Of a stretch of 64,000 nt of DNA, positions 1-8,287 are shown piece after piece. The stretch is taken from NCBI GenBank assembly GCA_018240015.1, contig JAFEGJ010000005.1:236570-300569 (forward strand), given 5' to 3'. Each line of letters opens with the position of its first letter. The stretch's first letter is position 1. The notes beneath the pieces are model-generated. The model searched no databases. It was not told where the DNA came from and saw nothing but the letters and a program-made list of their open reading frames with translations. A program made the translations under genes and the position numbers. Source of the stretch: Verrucomicrobiota bacterium (GTDB lineage: Bacteria; Chlamydiota; Chlamydiia; Chlamydiales; Rhabdochlamydiaceae).

Positions 1-2
1 AC

Positions 3-599
3 ATGCGTATGGGAAGGGATTTGTTGAAAAATCCTCACCGGCGGATCTATGGTCCAGGACTGCCACTTCAAGAGAATCTTTCTGGAGAATTTTCTCTCGA
101 CAATTTTCACTTTCTTTTAAGGGATGCTGCTCAGTTTCTTCATATGGAAATGCCAAGTGTTATCTCTCGCTATATTCCTCTTGTGAATGGAGAGCCAAAA
201 AGTATCCCAGAAATCGGTGACCTCCAGAAACTCGCAAAGGAATCTATCATCATTGCCACAGCCGATCCTATGCACCATGGCATCGCCTACGGCACTCCTC
301 CAGAAAAGTGCTTGCCCATTTCGCCTGCAGCTTATGAGCTGGCATCGCGGATTATCGATGGCGCCTTAAGCTTTTTGTCGGGGGATGATTTGGACGCTTT
401 TCAAAAATACTGCTGGGATAATCGCAGTGATGCTGACAACGTAGGGCAAATTCTTCGTTTTCTTTTAGGACCTCTCAAGGGCGTCATCCATGATCTTAAG
501 TTAATCAATGTCGAAAAGCTGTATCCCGAGAACTGCCATCCTAGCTGGGTTGCGGCTGCTTTGATTGAATTGATGCCTCTTCTAGGAGACCCTGAATAA
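3..599 (+). CDS. hypothetical protein, 5'-truncated by the window edge
   Basis: Frame is open to the window start and stops 9 bp before the next same-strand ORF. I can name no confident motif; the stretch TADPMHHG only faintly recalls Memo/LigB-type metal sites. Confidence 0.55.
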   Translation: MRMGRDLLKNPHRRIYGPGLPLQENLSGEFSLDNFHFLLRDAAQFLHMEMPSVISRYIPLVNGEPKSIPEIGDLQKLAKESIIIATADPMHHGIAYGTPPEKCLPISPAAYELASRIIDGALSFLSGDDLDAFQKYCWDNRSDADNVGQILRFLLGPLKGVIHDLKLINVEKLYPENCHPSWVAAALIELMPLLGDPE

Positions 600-608
600 C
601 TGCTTTCC

Positions 609-1661
609 ATGCCAACTATAAATACGATAAGAAATAGCATTTTTTCTTCTTGGTCATTAGAACTCACTCGTGCGTACCACCGCGATATTGCGACCGTTGG
701 GGCTGGTCTCATAGGGTTTGATAAAGCTGCTAACCTGATAGGTGATTATTTTAAAAAAGAGTCAGCATGCAGTTCCTTGAGTCCAGCTCAAATCGACAGA
801 TATAAATTTTTCTTTCCAGTGTCTCTGCTTCCTGCTGCCCTTCTTAATCAGAATATAACAATTGCTGGTGCATCGATCGTACCCGACATATGGCGCAGGA
901 TTTGCGAGTTTCTCACCAATCCTAAGGATGTTTTACAGTTAAGCCAGACCAGCAAAGCGCTTGTAGGTCTTCGAACCGACGCCCAAGTCTTAAAAATAAT
1001 GTGGCAAAATCATATTACTGATCTTGAAAAAGTCGTCTTTGGAAAAGAAGCCTGGAACACCCATTTTGGAGACGTCGGAGAAGTAGATCCCATTCCCGAA
1101 GCCCTGGTAAAAGCCCTCGAAGAGCCCTGTCCCTTTATTGCAGGCAAGAAAGTCAAAGAAACCCATATCGCTTGTTGGATCCCTACCCACGTGAATGGCA
1201 CCTCCCTCACCCTCAATACGCTTGGTAAGCTCGTCCAAAATCCGCTCCAGGGCCACACAAGTAAGTATAATTACTTCTGGGCTCAAGCCAAAAGAGACCA
1301 TGGGAATAAACCCATAGAGAAAGGTCACTGGATCCTTTTGACAAAAACCGTTCTTGAAGGAAGCCGAACTACACCCAACAAACAGAAAAAACAGCTTGTT
1401 GAAGGTTATCCAGGTTACGAAATGCCGACCGTGCTATCCACAGCCATAGCCCTCTTTATGCACCACGCAAGAACTGGAGAGCGACTATATAATGACGATC
1501 CTGGGACTTACACTCTGTGCCAAGAGAAAAGCAATGGATGGTCCTTCGTTGTTGGGAGCTTCGTGGCCGGCGGCCTCACCGTCAACTTCGGCTTGGACTT
1601 CGAATGCTACGCCCACATTGGCGTTGGGGGCCTGCGGAAGTTCCCGGCACTTGGGACTTGA
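609..1661 (+). CDS. F-box-like domain protein with an uncharacterised C-terminal domain
   Basis: VPDIWRRICEFLTNPKDVLQLSQTSKALVGL fits the F-box consensus (P-x-[DE]-[IL]-x-x-x-I-x-x-x-L ... D-[LV]-x-x-L ... S-K-x-[LW]). The ORF is 350 codons long. Confidence 0.7.
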   Translation: MPTINTIRNSIFSSWSLELTRAYHRDIATVGAGLIGFDKAANLIGDYFKKESACSSLSPAQIDRYKFFFPVSLLPAALLNQNITIAGASIVPDIWRRICEFLTNPKDVLQLSQTSKALVGLRTDAQVLKIMWQNHITDLEKVVFGKEAWNTHFGDVGEVDPIPEALVKALEEPCPFIAGKKVKETHIACWIPTHVNGTSLTLNTLGKLVQNPLQGHTSKYNYFWAQAKRDHGNKPIEKGHWILLTKTVLEGSRTTPNKQKKQLVEGYPGYEMPTVLSTAIALFMHHARTGERLYNDDPGTYTLCQEKSNGWSFVVGSFVAGGLTVNFGLDFECYAHIGVGGLRKFPALGT

Positions 1662-1743
1662 ACCATTGGCATTGGTCTCTCCTTGGTCTTTGGGAAGGCC
1701 GGCGTCAGCCGGCCTTAGAGTAATTCGACTACTTGTAGATATC

Positions 1744-2652
1744 TCAGGGAATTTGTGCTAGAGCCTGATCACTAGCATATTTTTCGGTGTAAGCCTTGTA
1801 TTGGACATCGAAGTGGGCTTCGAGCTCAGGGAATTTGGCATGGAGATATTCTTTAAACTCTTTATGGATGCAGGGGTAGTGTTTCGGTTTTTTGAGAGAA
1901 AAACGGCCCACATCGATTTGGACAGCTTTATTGTCGATAAAGGCAAAGTTTTTCTCGAAGTTGGGATGGCTGTCGCTGATCCCTTTTTGGCAGCGCTGGT
2001 AAAGATATTCGAGTAGTGAATCGATTCCTTCTTTCGCCAAATGGATGTCTCCGTTTGCCATGTGTTTTTCGATAGTAGGATGCACGAGGTCTGCCACGTC
2101 TTGGAGAACAAATTCAAAGTCATGTAGATCGACATTGTATTCGGTATGATCAGGACCCACGAGCGTTATTTTGTGATGGAAATCATCTTGGGGATTTAGA
2201 TGAACAAAGTGAAGAGCCGTTTCTTTTTGGAGCTGATCGAAGGCGATTTTGTAACTATAGATATCGCGATCGAGATTATGTTGCTTATGGGCAATTTCTT
2301 TGCCGCGGTAAGAGATAAATGGAGGAATTAAATACCGGATCCACCTATACACTCGGTAGTGCCGTTGCTTGACGAACTTCAAAACGTATTTGTTATCTTC
2401 ACTGAAAAAGGTATAAATCTGATTTCCAAATCCCACGTATCTAAATTTTTGATTTAAAATAGAATGAATATGGGATTTTTCTTCTAATGAAACAGAATGG
2501 ACTTCCCAATTTGGATTATAAGGGTGCTCCGGAAACATATTATCGAGGCGAAATTCCTTATTTCTTTGACGTTCGATATATTCCCCGACGGTGAAGAAAT
2601 AAACTCCGTAAAGAAGAAGTAAACTTGAGCTAAAAACAAGTAATTTTTTCAT
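1744..2652 (-). CDS. membrane-anchored protein-kinase-like (PKL/APH/Kdo-kinase-like) protein, paralog 1
   Basis: N-terminal hydrophobic anchor, then motifs YVGFGNQ...KYVLK, KETAL, FVLQ, ISDSHPNFEKN and VQIDVG. Its start has an ATGA overlap with the stop of the upstream paralog. Confidence 0.8.
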   Translation of the reverse strand: MKKLLVFSSSLLLLYGVYFFTVGEYIERQRNKEFRLDNMFPEHPYNPNWEVHSVSLEEKSHIHSILNQKFRYVGFGNQIYTFFSEDNKYVLKFVKQRHYRVYRWIRYLIPPFISYRGKEIAHKQHNLDRDIYSYKIAFDQLQKETALHFVHLNPQDDFHHKITLVGPDHTEYNVDLHDFEFVLQDVADLVHPTIEKHMANGDIHLAKEGIDSLLEYLYQRCQKGISDSHPNFEKNFAFIDNKAVQIDVGRFSLKKPKHYPCIHKEFKEYLHAKFPELEAHFDVQYKAYTEKYASDQALAQIP

Positions 2653-3530
2653 TGTGCGTATTTCTCACTATAGGCTAGGTATTGTTCATCGTAGTGCTTT
2701 TCTAATTCAGGGTATTTGTTGTGAAGGAAATTCTTAAATTTTTCGCTGATATGGGGAAAATCTTGGGGCTCCCCTAAAGAAAAGCGTCCAATATCGATCT
2801 GCACAGCTTTATCGTTGATAAATGCGTAGTTCTTTTCGAGGTTGGGATCGCTGTCATCGATTTTCTTTTTGCAGCGGTTGTAGAGAAGCTCAAATAAGGA
2901 ATCGATAGAAGCTTTTGCCCCTGCTAGGTCACCACTTTCCATGTGTCTATTGATATTAGGGCAGACCATTTCAGCTTTGTCTTGGAGGATGAATTCACAG
3001 TCGTGAAGATCGATGTTCAATTTATTATTTTCTCTATCGATGAGCGTAACCGTATGGTGAAAGTCATCGCCAGGGGACTTAAGGTGTACGAACCGGAGGG
3101 CGGTCTCATCACGAAGCTGTTCGAAAGCAATCTTATAACTATTAAAATCCCGCTCTAATGTGCGCTCTATGTGGCCTATTTTTTTTTCGCGGTAAGATAA
3201 AAACGAAGGAACCAGATACCTCATCCAACGTGGAACGGTGTAGCGGCGTTGCTTGAAAATTTTTAAAACATACTTGTTGTCAGTGCTAAGCAGCACGTAA
3301 ACTTGTGTGCCGCCGCCAATATATCGAAAATCTTGGTTTAATATCGTGTGAACGCTTGTCTTTTCTTCTTGCGAAAGAGGTCGAATATTCCATTTGCTCT
3401 CATAGGGGTGGTGGGGGAGCATGTTGAGTAAATTAAATTCTTTGGTTTGATTGTAGTCTCCAAGGGTTAAGAAGTAGATGCCATAGGAAAAAAGCAAAGA
3501 AACGCCCATGATCGAGATTTTTTTCAACAT
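2649..3530 (-). CDS. membrane-anchored protein-kinase-like protein, paralog 2
   Basis: Same block order as paralog 1 (YIGGGTQ...KYVLK, DETAL, FILQ, IDDSDPNLEKN, VQIDIG). I chose the start MLKKISIMG at 3530 by alignment to paralog 1; the longer ORF extends to 3548. Confidence 0.8.
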   Translation of the reverse strand: MLKKISIMGVSLLFSYGIYFLTLGDYNQTKEFNLLNMLPHHPYESKWNIRPLSQEEKTSVHTILNQDFRYIGGGTQVYVLLSTDNKYVLKIFKQRRYTVPRWMRYLVPSFLSYREKKIGHIERTLERDFNSYKIAFEQLRDETALRFVHLKSPGDDFHHTVTLIDRENNKLNIDLHDCEFILQDKAEMVCPNINRHMESGDLAGAKASIDSLFELLYNRCKKKIDDSDPNLEKNYAFINDKAVQIDIGRFSLGEPQDFPHISEKFKNFLHNKYPELEKHYDEQYLAYSEKYAQ

Positions 3531-3624
3531 AGACAAACAGAGTAGCAATTAGAACCTGTGTTTGTCAATCATTCTTGACCAAATTAACCGGCTAAGGATA
3601 GAAGCTAAATTAGGAGGTTTTATT

Positions 3625-3840
3625 ATGGGTATGCTAACTTTTTTGTTTTTAGTTTTAGCTGCTATCACCGGTTATTTTGCCTTTAAGAAGGGGCCAAAAA
3701 CGGGGGGAAAGCAAGTTGCAAAGGCATTTTTTTATGTGTTTGTCGTTCTTTTCGTGATCATGATCGCGCTCATATTGGTGGAGATGTTTTTCCATCCTAA
3801 AGTCGACGTGAACGTGAAAGGCATGTCATTCCCTAAATGA
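3625..3840 (+). CDS. small two-TM membrane protein
   Basis: ATG at 3625 sits 8 nt after AGGAGG. The protein is hydrophobic (MGMLTFLFLVLAAITGYF...). The stop overlaps the next start (ATGA). Confidence 0.6.
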   Translation: MGMLTFLFLVLAAITGYFAFKKGPKTGGKQVAKAFFYVFVVLFVIMIALILVEMFFHPKVDVNVKGMSFPK

Positions 3841-4877
3841 ATAAAGACGTCATCATCGTTACAGGAAGCTGTGGACGTATTGGCTCAGCCGTTGTGAAGC
3901 GGCTGGGTCAAAATTTTCGTGTCGTCGGCTTCGAATTGTTAAAAGCCATTTATGCCTCCGCGAGCGAAGAGCTCGTCCCCGTGGATTTAGGATCCGATGA
4001 GAGCGTCCATCAAGCGTTCATGCACATTCGGCACTTTTATGGTAATCGGATAGCATCGGTCATTCATTTAGCTGCCTACTATAGCTTCGACCAGCAGCAC
4101 TCGCCCCTCTATGAGAAAGTCACCGTCGAGGGAACCAAGCGCCTTCTAAATGCTTTGCAAAAGTTTGAAGTGGAGCAATTTCTATTTTCCAGCACCATGC
4201 TCGTCCATGCCCCGACAAAGCCGGGCAAGAAAATCACCGAAGAATCTCCCGTCATCCCCAAATGGGATTATCCTCTCTCCAAAGTGCGCACGGAAGAAGC
4301 CATCCACGAGCTTCGAGGAAAAATTCCTTCCGTGGTTTTGCGCATCGCGGGCGTCTATGATGACAAATGCCATTCGATTCCGATCAGCCATCAAATCCAG
4401 CGCATCTATGAAAAACAGCTCGAAAGCCGCCTTTTTGCTGGTGACGTTTCTCACGGCGCGGCCTTCCTTCACATGGACGACCTTGTCGACGTGATCGAAA
4501 AAGCTGTCATGCAAAGAAAAAGTCTACCTTCCGAGTTAACACTCCTCATCGGCGAGCCAAAAACCCTGAGCTATGATGACCTACAAAGGCAAATCAGCCG
4601 CCTGCTCACAGGGAAAGAAATCCATACCTTTTCCATCCCCAAACCCCTAGCCAAAATGGGGGCGTTTGTTCAGTGCCATCTTCCCTTCGTCAAACCCTCC
4701 TTTATTAAACCTTGGATGATTTCTCTTGCTGATGACCATTATGAACTCGATATCAGTAAGGCAAAGAAGGTTCTCGGCTGGGAGCCTAAACGATCGCTGG
4801 GTGAAATCCTTCCAAAAATGATTGCCGATCTCAAAAATGATCCCACCCAGTGGTACAAAGAAAATCAATTGAAATGA
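3837..4877 (+). CDS. NAD-dependent epimerase/dehydratase family (extended SDR) protein
   Basis: Rossmann motif IIVTGSCGRIGSAV and catalytic YPLSK. Confidence 0.85.
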   Translation: MNKDVIIVTGSCGRIGSAVVKRLGQNFRVVGFELLKAIYASASEELVPVDLGSDESVHQAFMHIRHFYGNRIASVIHLAAYYSFDQQHSPLYEKVTVEGTKRLLNALQKFEVEQFLFSSTMLVHAPTKPGKKITEESPVIPKWDYPLSKVRTEEAIHELRGKIPSVVLRIAGVYDDKCHSIPISHQIQRIYEKQLESRLFAGDVSHGAAFLHMDDLVDVIEKAVMQRKSLPSELTLLIGEPKTLSYDDLQRQISRLLTGKEIHTFSIPKPLAKMGAFVQCHLPFVKPSFIKPWMISLADDHYELDISKAKKVLGWEPKRSLGEILPKMIADLKNDPTQWYKENQLK

Positions 4878-6064
4878 TTTGGACATCCTTTGCACTCATT
4901 TTTCTCGGTCTTTGGCAGTGCGCGGCGCCGGCAACTTTCGGATACGAGGATCCAACCCATTTTTTCACGGGACTTCTCCTCATCATCGGCGGTTTTTATT
5001 TGCGCCGCCAGTCATCGTTTCCGGTTCGGTGGGCTCTTGCCTTTGTGGGACTCTTTTTGCAGCTCTCTCCGCTACTTTTTTGGGCTAAATCGCCAGCGCA
5101 GTATCTGAACGACACACTCATCGGCGTCCTCGTCATCTTATTTGCGATCATTTTCCCCAGCCATGAAAAAGCAGAAACTCCCAGCCTCCCTCCTGGCTGG
5201 TCCTACAATCCCTCGACCTGGCCCTCGCGCATCCTCATCGCTTTTTTTGCAACGATTGGTTGGTTCATCTCCAGATATCTTGCCGCCTACCAACTCGGAT
5301 ACATCCATACGATGTGGGATCCTTTTTTTGGCAATGGAACAATCAACGTCATCACATCAGCCGTCTCTCGAGCGTTTCCTGTGTCGGATGCAGGTCTGGG
5401 TGCAGCGAGCTATACGATCGAACTCCTCTTAGCCTGTTACGGCGGACGCATGCGGTGGTGCCATAGCCCTTGGCTCGTGATCATCTACGGCATCCTTGTC
5501 GTTCCGGTTAGCATCGTCAGCATCGTGCTCATCATCTTGCAACCCCTTGCCGTAGGCTCTTGGTGCACGCTCTGCATCCTGACCGCGATATGCATGCTTG
5601 TGATGGCGACGCTCGCGGTCGGCGAACTGGTACTCGTCGTACAAATGCTCATCAAAAGTAGGGGGACTGGCTTTTGGAAAGGGTTCAACGTCCAGCAAAC
5701 GAGCGCCGATAAACGCACCCTTGCTGTCCATTCTCCATTGAAGGACCTACTTTTATTTGCTTTAACTGGCATCACTCCCACGTGGCGTCTTCTCGTCAGC
5801 GCCGTCCTCGGCGTTATTTTAATCACCTCGCAGTCCCTCAAGGACTTGGATCCCATTTTTGGCGCGCTCGTCATAGTGACCTCCGTTCTCTCCATGGTAG
5901 AACCCATCCGTTCGTGGCGTTTTGCCAATGCAGCGTGGGGATGTCTTATTTTAGGAGCTCTTTTTTGGACAGGCTCGGTTCTTCTCATGCATGGAGCCAT
6001 AGCGATTCTACTAATTTGGCTGAGTCTGAAAGCCGGAACTAAACGGGAGGAGTGCCGATGCTAG
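4874..6064 (+). CDS. polytopic membrane protein with CX7C and intramembrane CXXC motifs (possible VKOR/DsbB-like thiol oxidoreductase)
   Basis: About 10 hydrophobic segments. Contains CYGGRMRWC followed one helix later by SWCTLCIL. The start is ATGA-coupled to the epimerase stop. Family assignment is tentative. Confidence 0.6.
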   Translation: MIWTSFALIFLGLWQCAAPATFGYEDPTHFFTGLLLIIGGFYLRRQSSFPVRWALAFVGLFLQLSPLLFWAKSPAQYLNDTLIGVLVILFAIIFPSHEKAETPSLPPGWSYNPSTWPSRILIAFFATIGWFISRYLAAYQLGYIHTMWDPFFGNGTINVITSAVSRAFPVSDAGLGAASYTIELLLACYGGRMRWCHSPWLVIIYGILVVPVSIVSIVLIILQPLAVGSWCTLCILTAICMLVMATLAVGELVLVVQMLIKSRGTGFWKGFNVQQTSADKRTLAVHSPLKDLLLFALTGITPTWRLLVSAVLGVILITSQSLKDLDPIFGALVIVTSVLSMVEPIRSWRFANAAWGCLILGALFWTGSVLLMHGAIAILLIWLSLKAGTKREECRC

Positions 6065-6561
6065 ATCTTTTAAGAGCGATTCCTTGGTGGGGCTACATCT
6101 TATTTTTTTCTCTGATAGGACTGGCCCTCAAAGCGCGCAAACCCCAAGTGATGTCCGTGAGCAAAATTTTCCTCATGCCTCTGATCTTCACCCTTTGGTC
6201 TCTCTATAGTGTTTTTGCATCGCACACCATTTTCTTCTCTACATTCATCTGGCTTCCGTTTCTGGTTGCCGGCGCAGTCTTCGGATGGATTCTGTACCGG
6301 CCCGTGACCGTTCGTGCAGATCACAAAAAACGGCTCATTGAAATTCCCGGAACGTGGGCAACACTTGCCCTGGTTCTCATCATCTTTATTATCGAATACA
6401 CTTTGGGATATCTATACGCCAAACATCCCAAAGCCGATAAGAGCCATTTAATTTTTGGCCTGCGCATGGTGACATCGGGGGCGATTACCGGAATCTTTGC
6501 TGGAAAGGCGCTTTTACTGATGCAGAAGTTTCATAAGGCGCCTCAAACGGATTTGACTTAA
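6058..6561 (+). CDS. membrane protein, function unknown
   Basis: ATG at 6058 is 7 nt after GGGAGG and overlaps the upstream stop. Four to five hydrophobic helices. Confidence 0.65.
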   Translation: MLDLLRAIPWWGYILFFSLIGLALKARKPQVMSVSKIFLMPLIFTLWSLYSVFASHTIFFSTFIWLPFLVAGAVFGWILYRPVTVRADHKKRLIEIPGTWATLALVLIIFIIEYTLGYLYAKHPKADKSHLIFGLRMVTSGAITGIFAGKALLLMQKFHKAPQTDLT

Positions 6562-6571
6562 GAGGATTCTG

Positions 6572-7570
6572 CTATACTTCGACCAGTTGTTTGCCGAGGT
6601 TTTCTCCTGAAAAAAGACCCAAAAAAGCAAGGGGAATATTTTCTAGGCCCTTGACTATGCTCTCGCAAGATTTAACTTTTCCATCGTGCCACCATTCTAA
6701 CAATTGCTGGCGCCCTTCAGGATATCGTGTGGGATAGTCTTGAGTAATCAGGAATCCTCTTGCTGTGGCGCTTTTAACGATCAAATGACGAAAGTTGCGA
6801 GGGCCAGTATCAGGACTTACTAGATTGTAAGAAGAGATTTGGCCACAAAGGACAACACGCGCATGCCGATTGATTTGCTTCATGACTTCATCGGTGATAG
6901 TGCCGCCAACATTGTCGAAATAAATGTCCACCCCATCTTTGCAAGCATTTTGTAGAGAGCTCACCCAATCGGAATTCTTATAATTAACGGCTGCATCAAA
7001 TCCCAGCTTGCTTTCAAGGTAACGAGTTTTTGCATCCGTTCCAGCAATCCCTACGACTCGGCATCCTTTAATTTTGGCAATTTGGCCCACAATCATTCCT
7101 ACCGCTCCAGCAGCTCCGGAGATGACCACCGTTTCTCCCGGTTTGGGTAGGCCAATATCTAGCAAACCAAAATAGGCCGTCATCGCCGGCATTCCTAGGA
7201 CGCTTAAGGCTGTGGCGACAGGCACACCCTTATCAATTTTCCATAGAGAAGATCCAGACAAAGCAGAGTAGTCGGCCCATTCTAAGTAGCCGCAAACATG
7301 ATCACCTTTTTGAAAATCAGGATGCTTCGACATAACAACTCGGCCCGCTCCATCCCCATTTGCCGGGGAATTTAAGGGAAAAGGAGGGTGCGAAGAAGGG
7401 CGTCCACCTATTCGGCCGCGCATATACGGATCGACAGATAGATAAAGCGAACGAACGAGGACCTCTCCTTCTTTTAATTCTGGCACCGAACCCCTATGCA
7501 GAGTAAAGTTATCTACGGTCGGCAGTCCTTGAGGTCGTGATATGAGATGAATTTGGCGGTTATTTTCCAT
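6572..7570 (-). CDS. NADP-dependent oxidoreductase, MDR superfamily (YncB/CurA/PTGR1-like)
   Basis: ISGAAGAVGMIVGQIAKIKGCRVVGIAG cofactor loop and typical N-terminus (RPQGLPTVDNF). Start taken at MENNRQ. Confidence 0.85.
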   Translation of the reverse strand: MENNRQIHLISRPQGLPTVDNFTLHRGSVPELKEGEVLVRSLYLSVDPYMRGRIGGRPSSHPPFPLNSPANGDGAGRVVMSKHPDFQKGDHVCGYLEWADYSALSGSSLWKIDKGVPVATALSVLGMPAMTAYFGLLDIGLPKPGETVVISGAAGAVGMIVGQIAKIKGCRVVGIAGTDAKTRYLESKLGFDAAVNYKNSDWVSSLQNACKDGVDIYFDNVGGTITDEVMKQINRHARVVLCGQISSYNLVSPDTGPRNFRHLIVKSATARGFLITQDYPTRYPEGRQQLLEWWHDGKVKSCESIVKGLENIPLAFLGLFSGENLGKQLVEV

Positions 7571-7638
7571 TAGATTAAGTATGCGGATCCTACTTTTCCC
7601 TGACAAATAAAAATTCGCGCTTTAAAATGAGGCTTAGT

Positions 7639-7935
7639 TTAAGCCGCTTTCCATGGCTTGGGTGAACCCTTGGCATTTTGCCGGCGCGTGATTTCCCATT
7701 GACGATAGGGCTTTTCCAGGCGCTCCCAAAATGCAGGGGAAGTACCCAGTGCCGCAGCAAGGAGTGCAGCCGTTTCCTGATTGATCCCTTCCTTGCCCTT
7801 CAAAAGATCTTCGACCTTTTTTTCGGGCCACTGGAGTTTGGCTGCGAGCTGCTGGGGTGTCATACCCAGCGGCGCTAAAAAATCTTCCTTGAGGATTTCT
7901 CCGGGGGCTGTCGGTCTGCGGCGTTTGGGTGTCAT
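7639..7935 (-). CDS. higA: HigA-type antitoxin (XRE helix-turn-helix)
   Basis: PGEILKEDFLAPLGMTPQQLAAKL...INQETAALLAAALGTSPAFW matches HigA/VapI-type antidotes. There is a 4-bp overlap with the upstream toxin gene. Confidence 0.85.
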   Translation of the reverse strand: MTPKRRRPTAPGEILKEDFLAPLGMTPQQLAAKLQWPEKKVEDLLKGKEGINQETAALLAAALGTSPAFWERLEKPYRQWEITRRQNAKGSPKPWKAA

Positions 7936-8216
7936 CGTATGGCTACATCCTCGGCGTTATTACCATTCCATCGAAAACAGAGCCGAAAGTTCCCTGTGAG
8001 TGGAATGCTATAAAAATCTTGAACATCTCGTTTAAGTCCTCCGCCTCGATGCGAAGGAATGGCCTCGAGAGTCTCAAACGTCTCTACGCTATTGAGAAGA
8101 TCGAGTTTGCGCTCGGCCATCTTCACGATGGAGGAGGAGAACTTTTTTCGAATGGCATGTGTATAAATACCTTCGAAAATCTCCTCGGTCATAGCATCGG
8201 CAAAAGAGTTAATCAT
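7932..8216 (-). CDS. higB: HigB-type toxin (RelE/ParE superfamily, plasmid-maintenance killer)
   Basis: About 94 aa starting MINSFADAMTEEIF. Contains ...LEAIPSHRGGGLKRDVQDFYSIPLTGNFRLCFRW, typical of HigB. Toxin-first gene order. Confidence 0.8.
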   Translation of the reverse strand: MINSFADAMTEEIFEGIYTHAIRKKFSSSIVKMAERKLDLLNSVETFETLEAIPSHRGGGLKRDVQDFYSIPLTGNFRLCFRWNGNNAEDVAIR

Positions 8217-8287
8217 AATTTTTCTTATATGGGTATATCCGATTTGAATCAATGCCTGTTTTTTCTCAGTTATGTATACTCATATTA

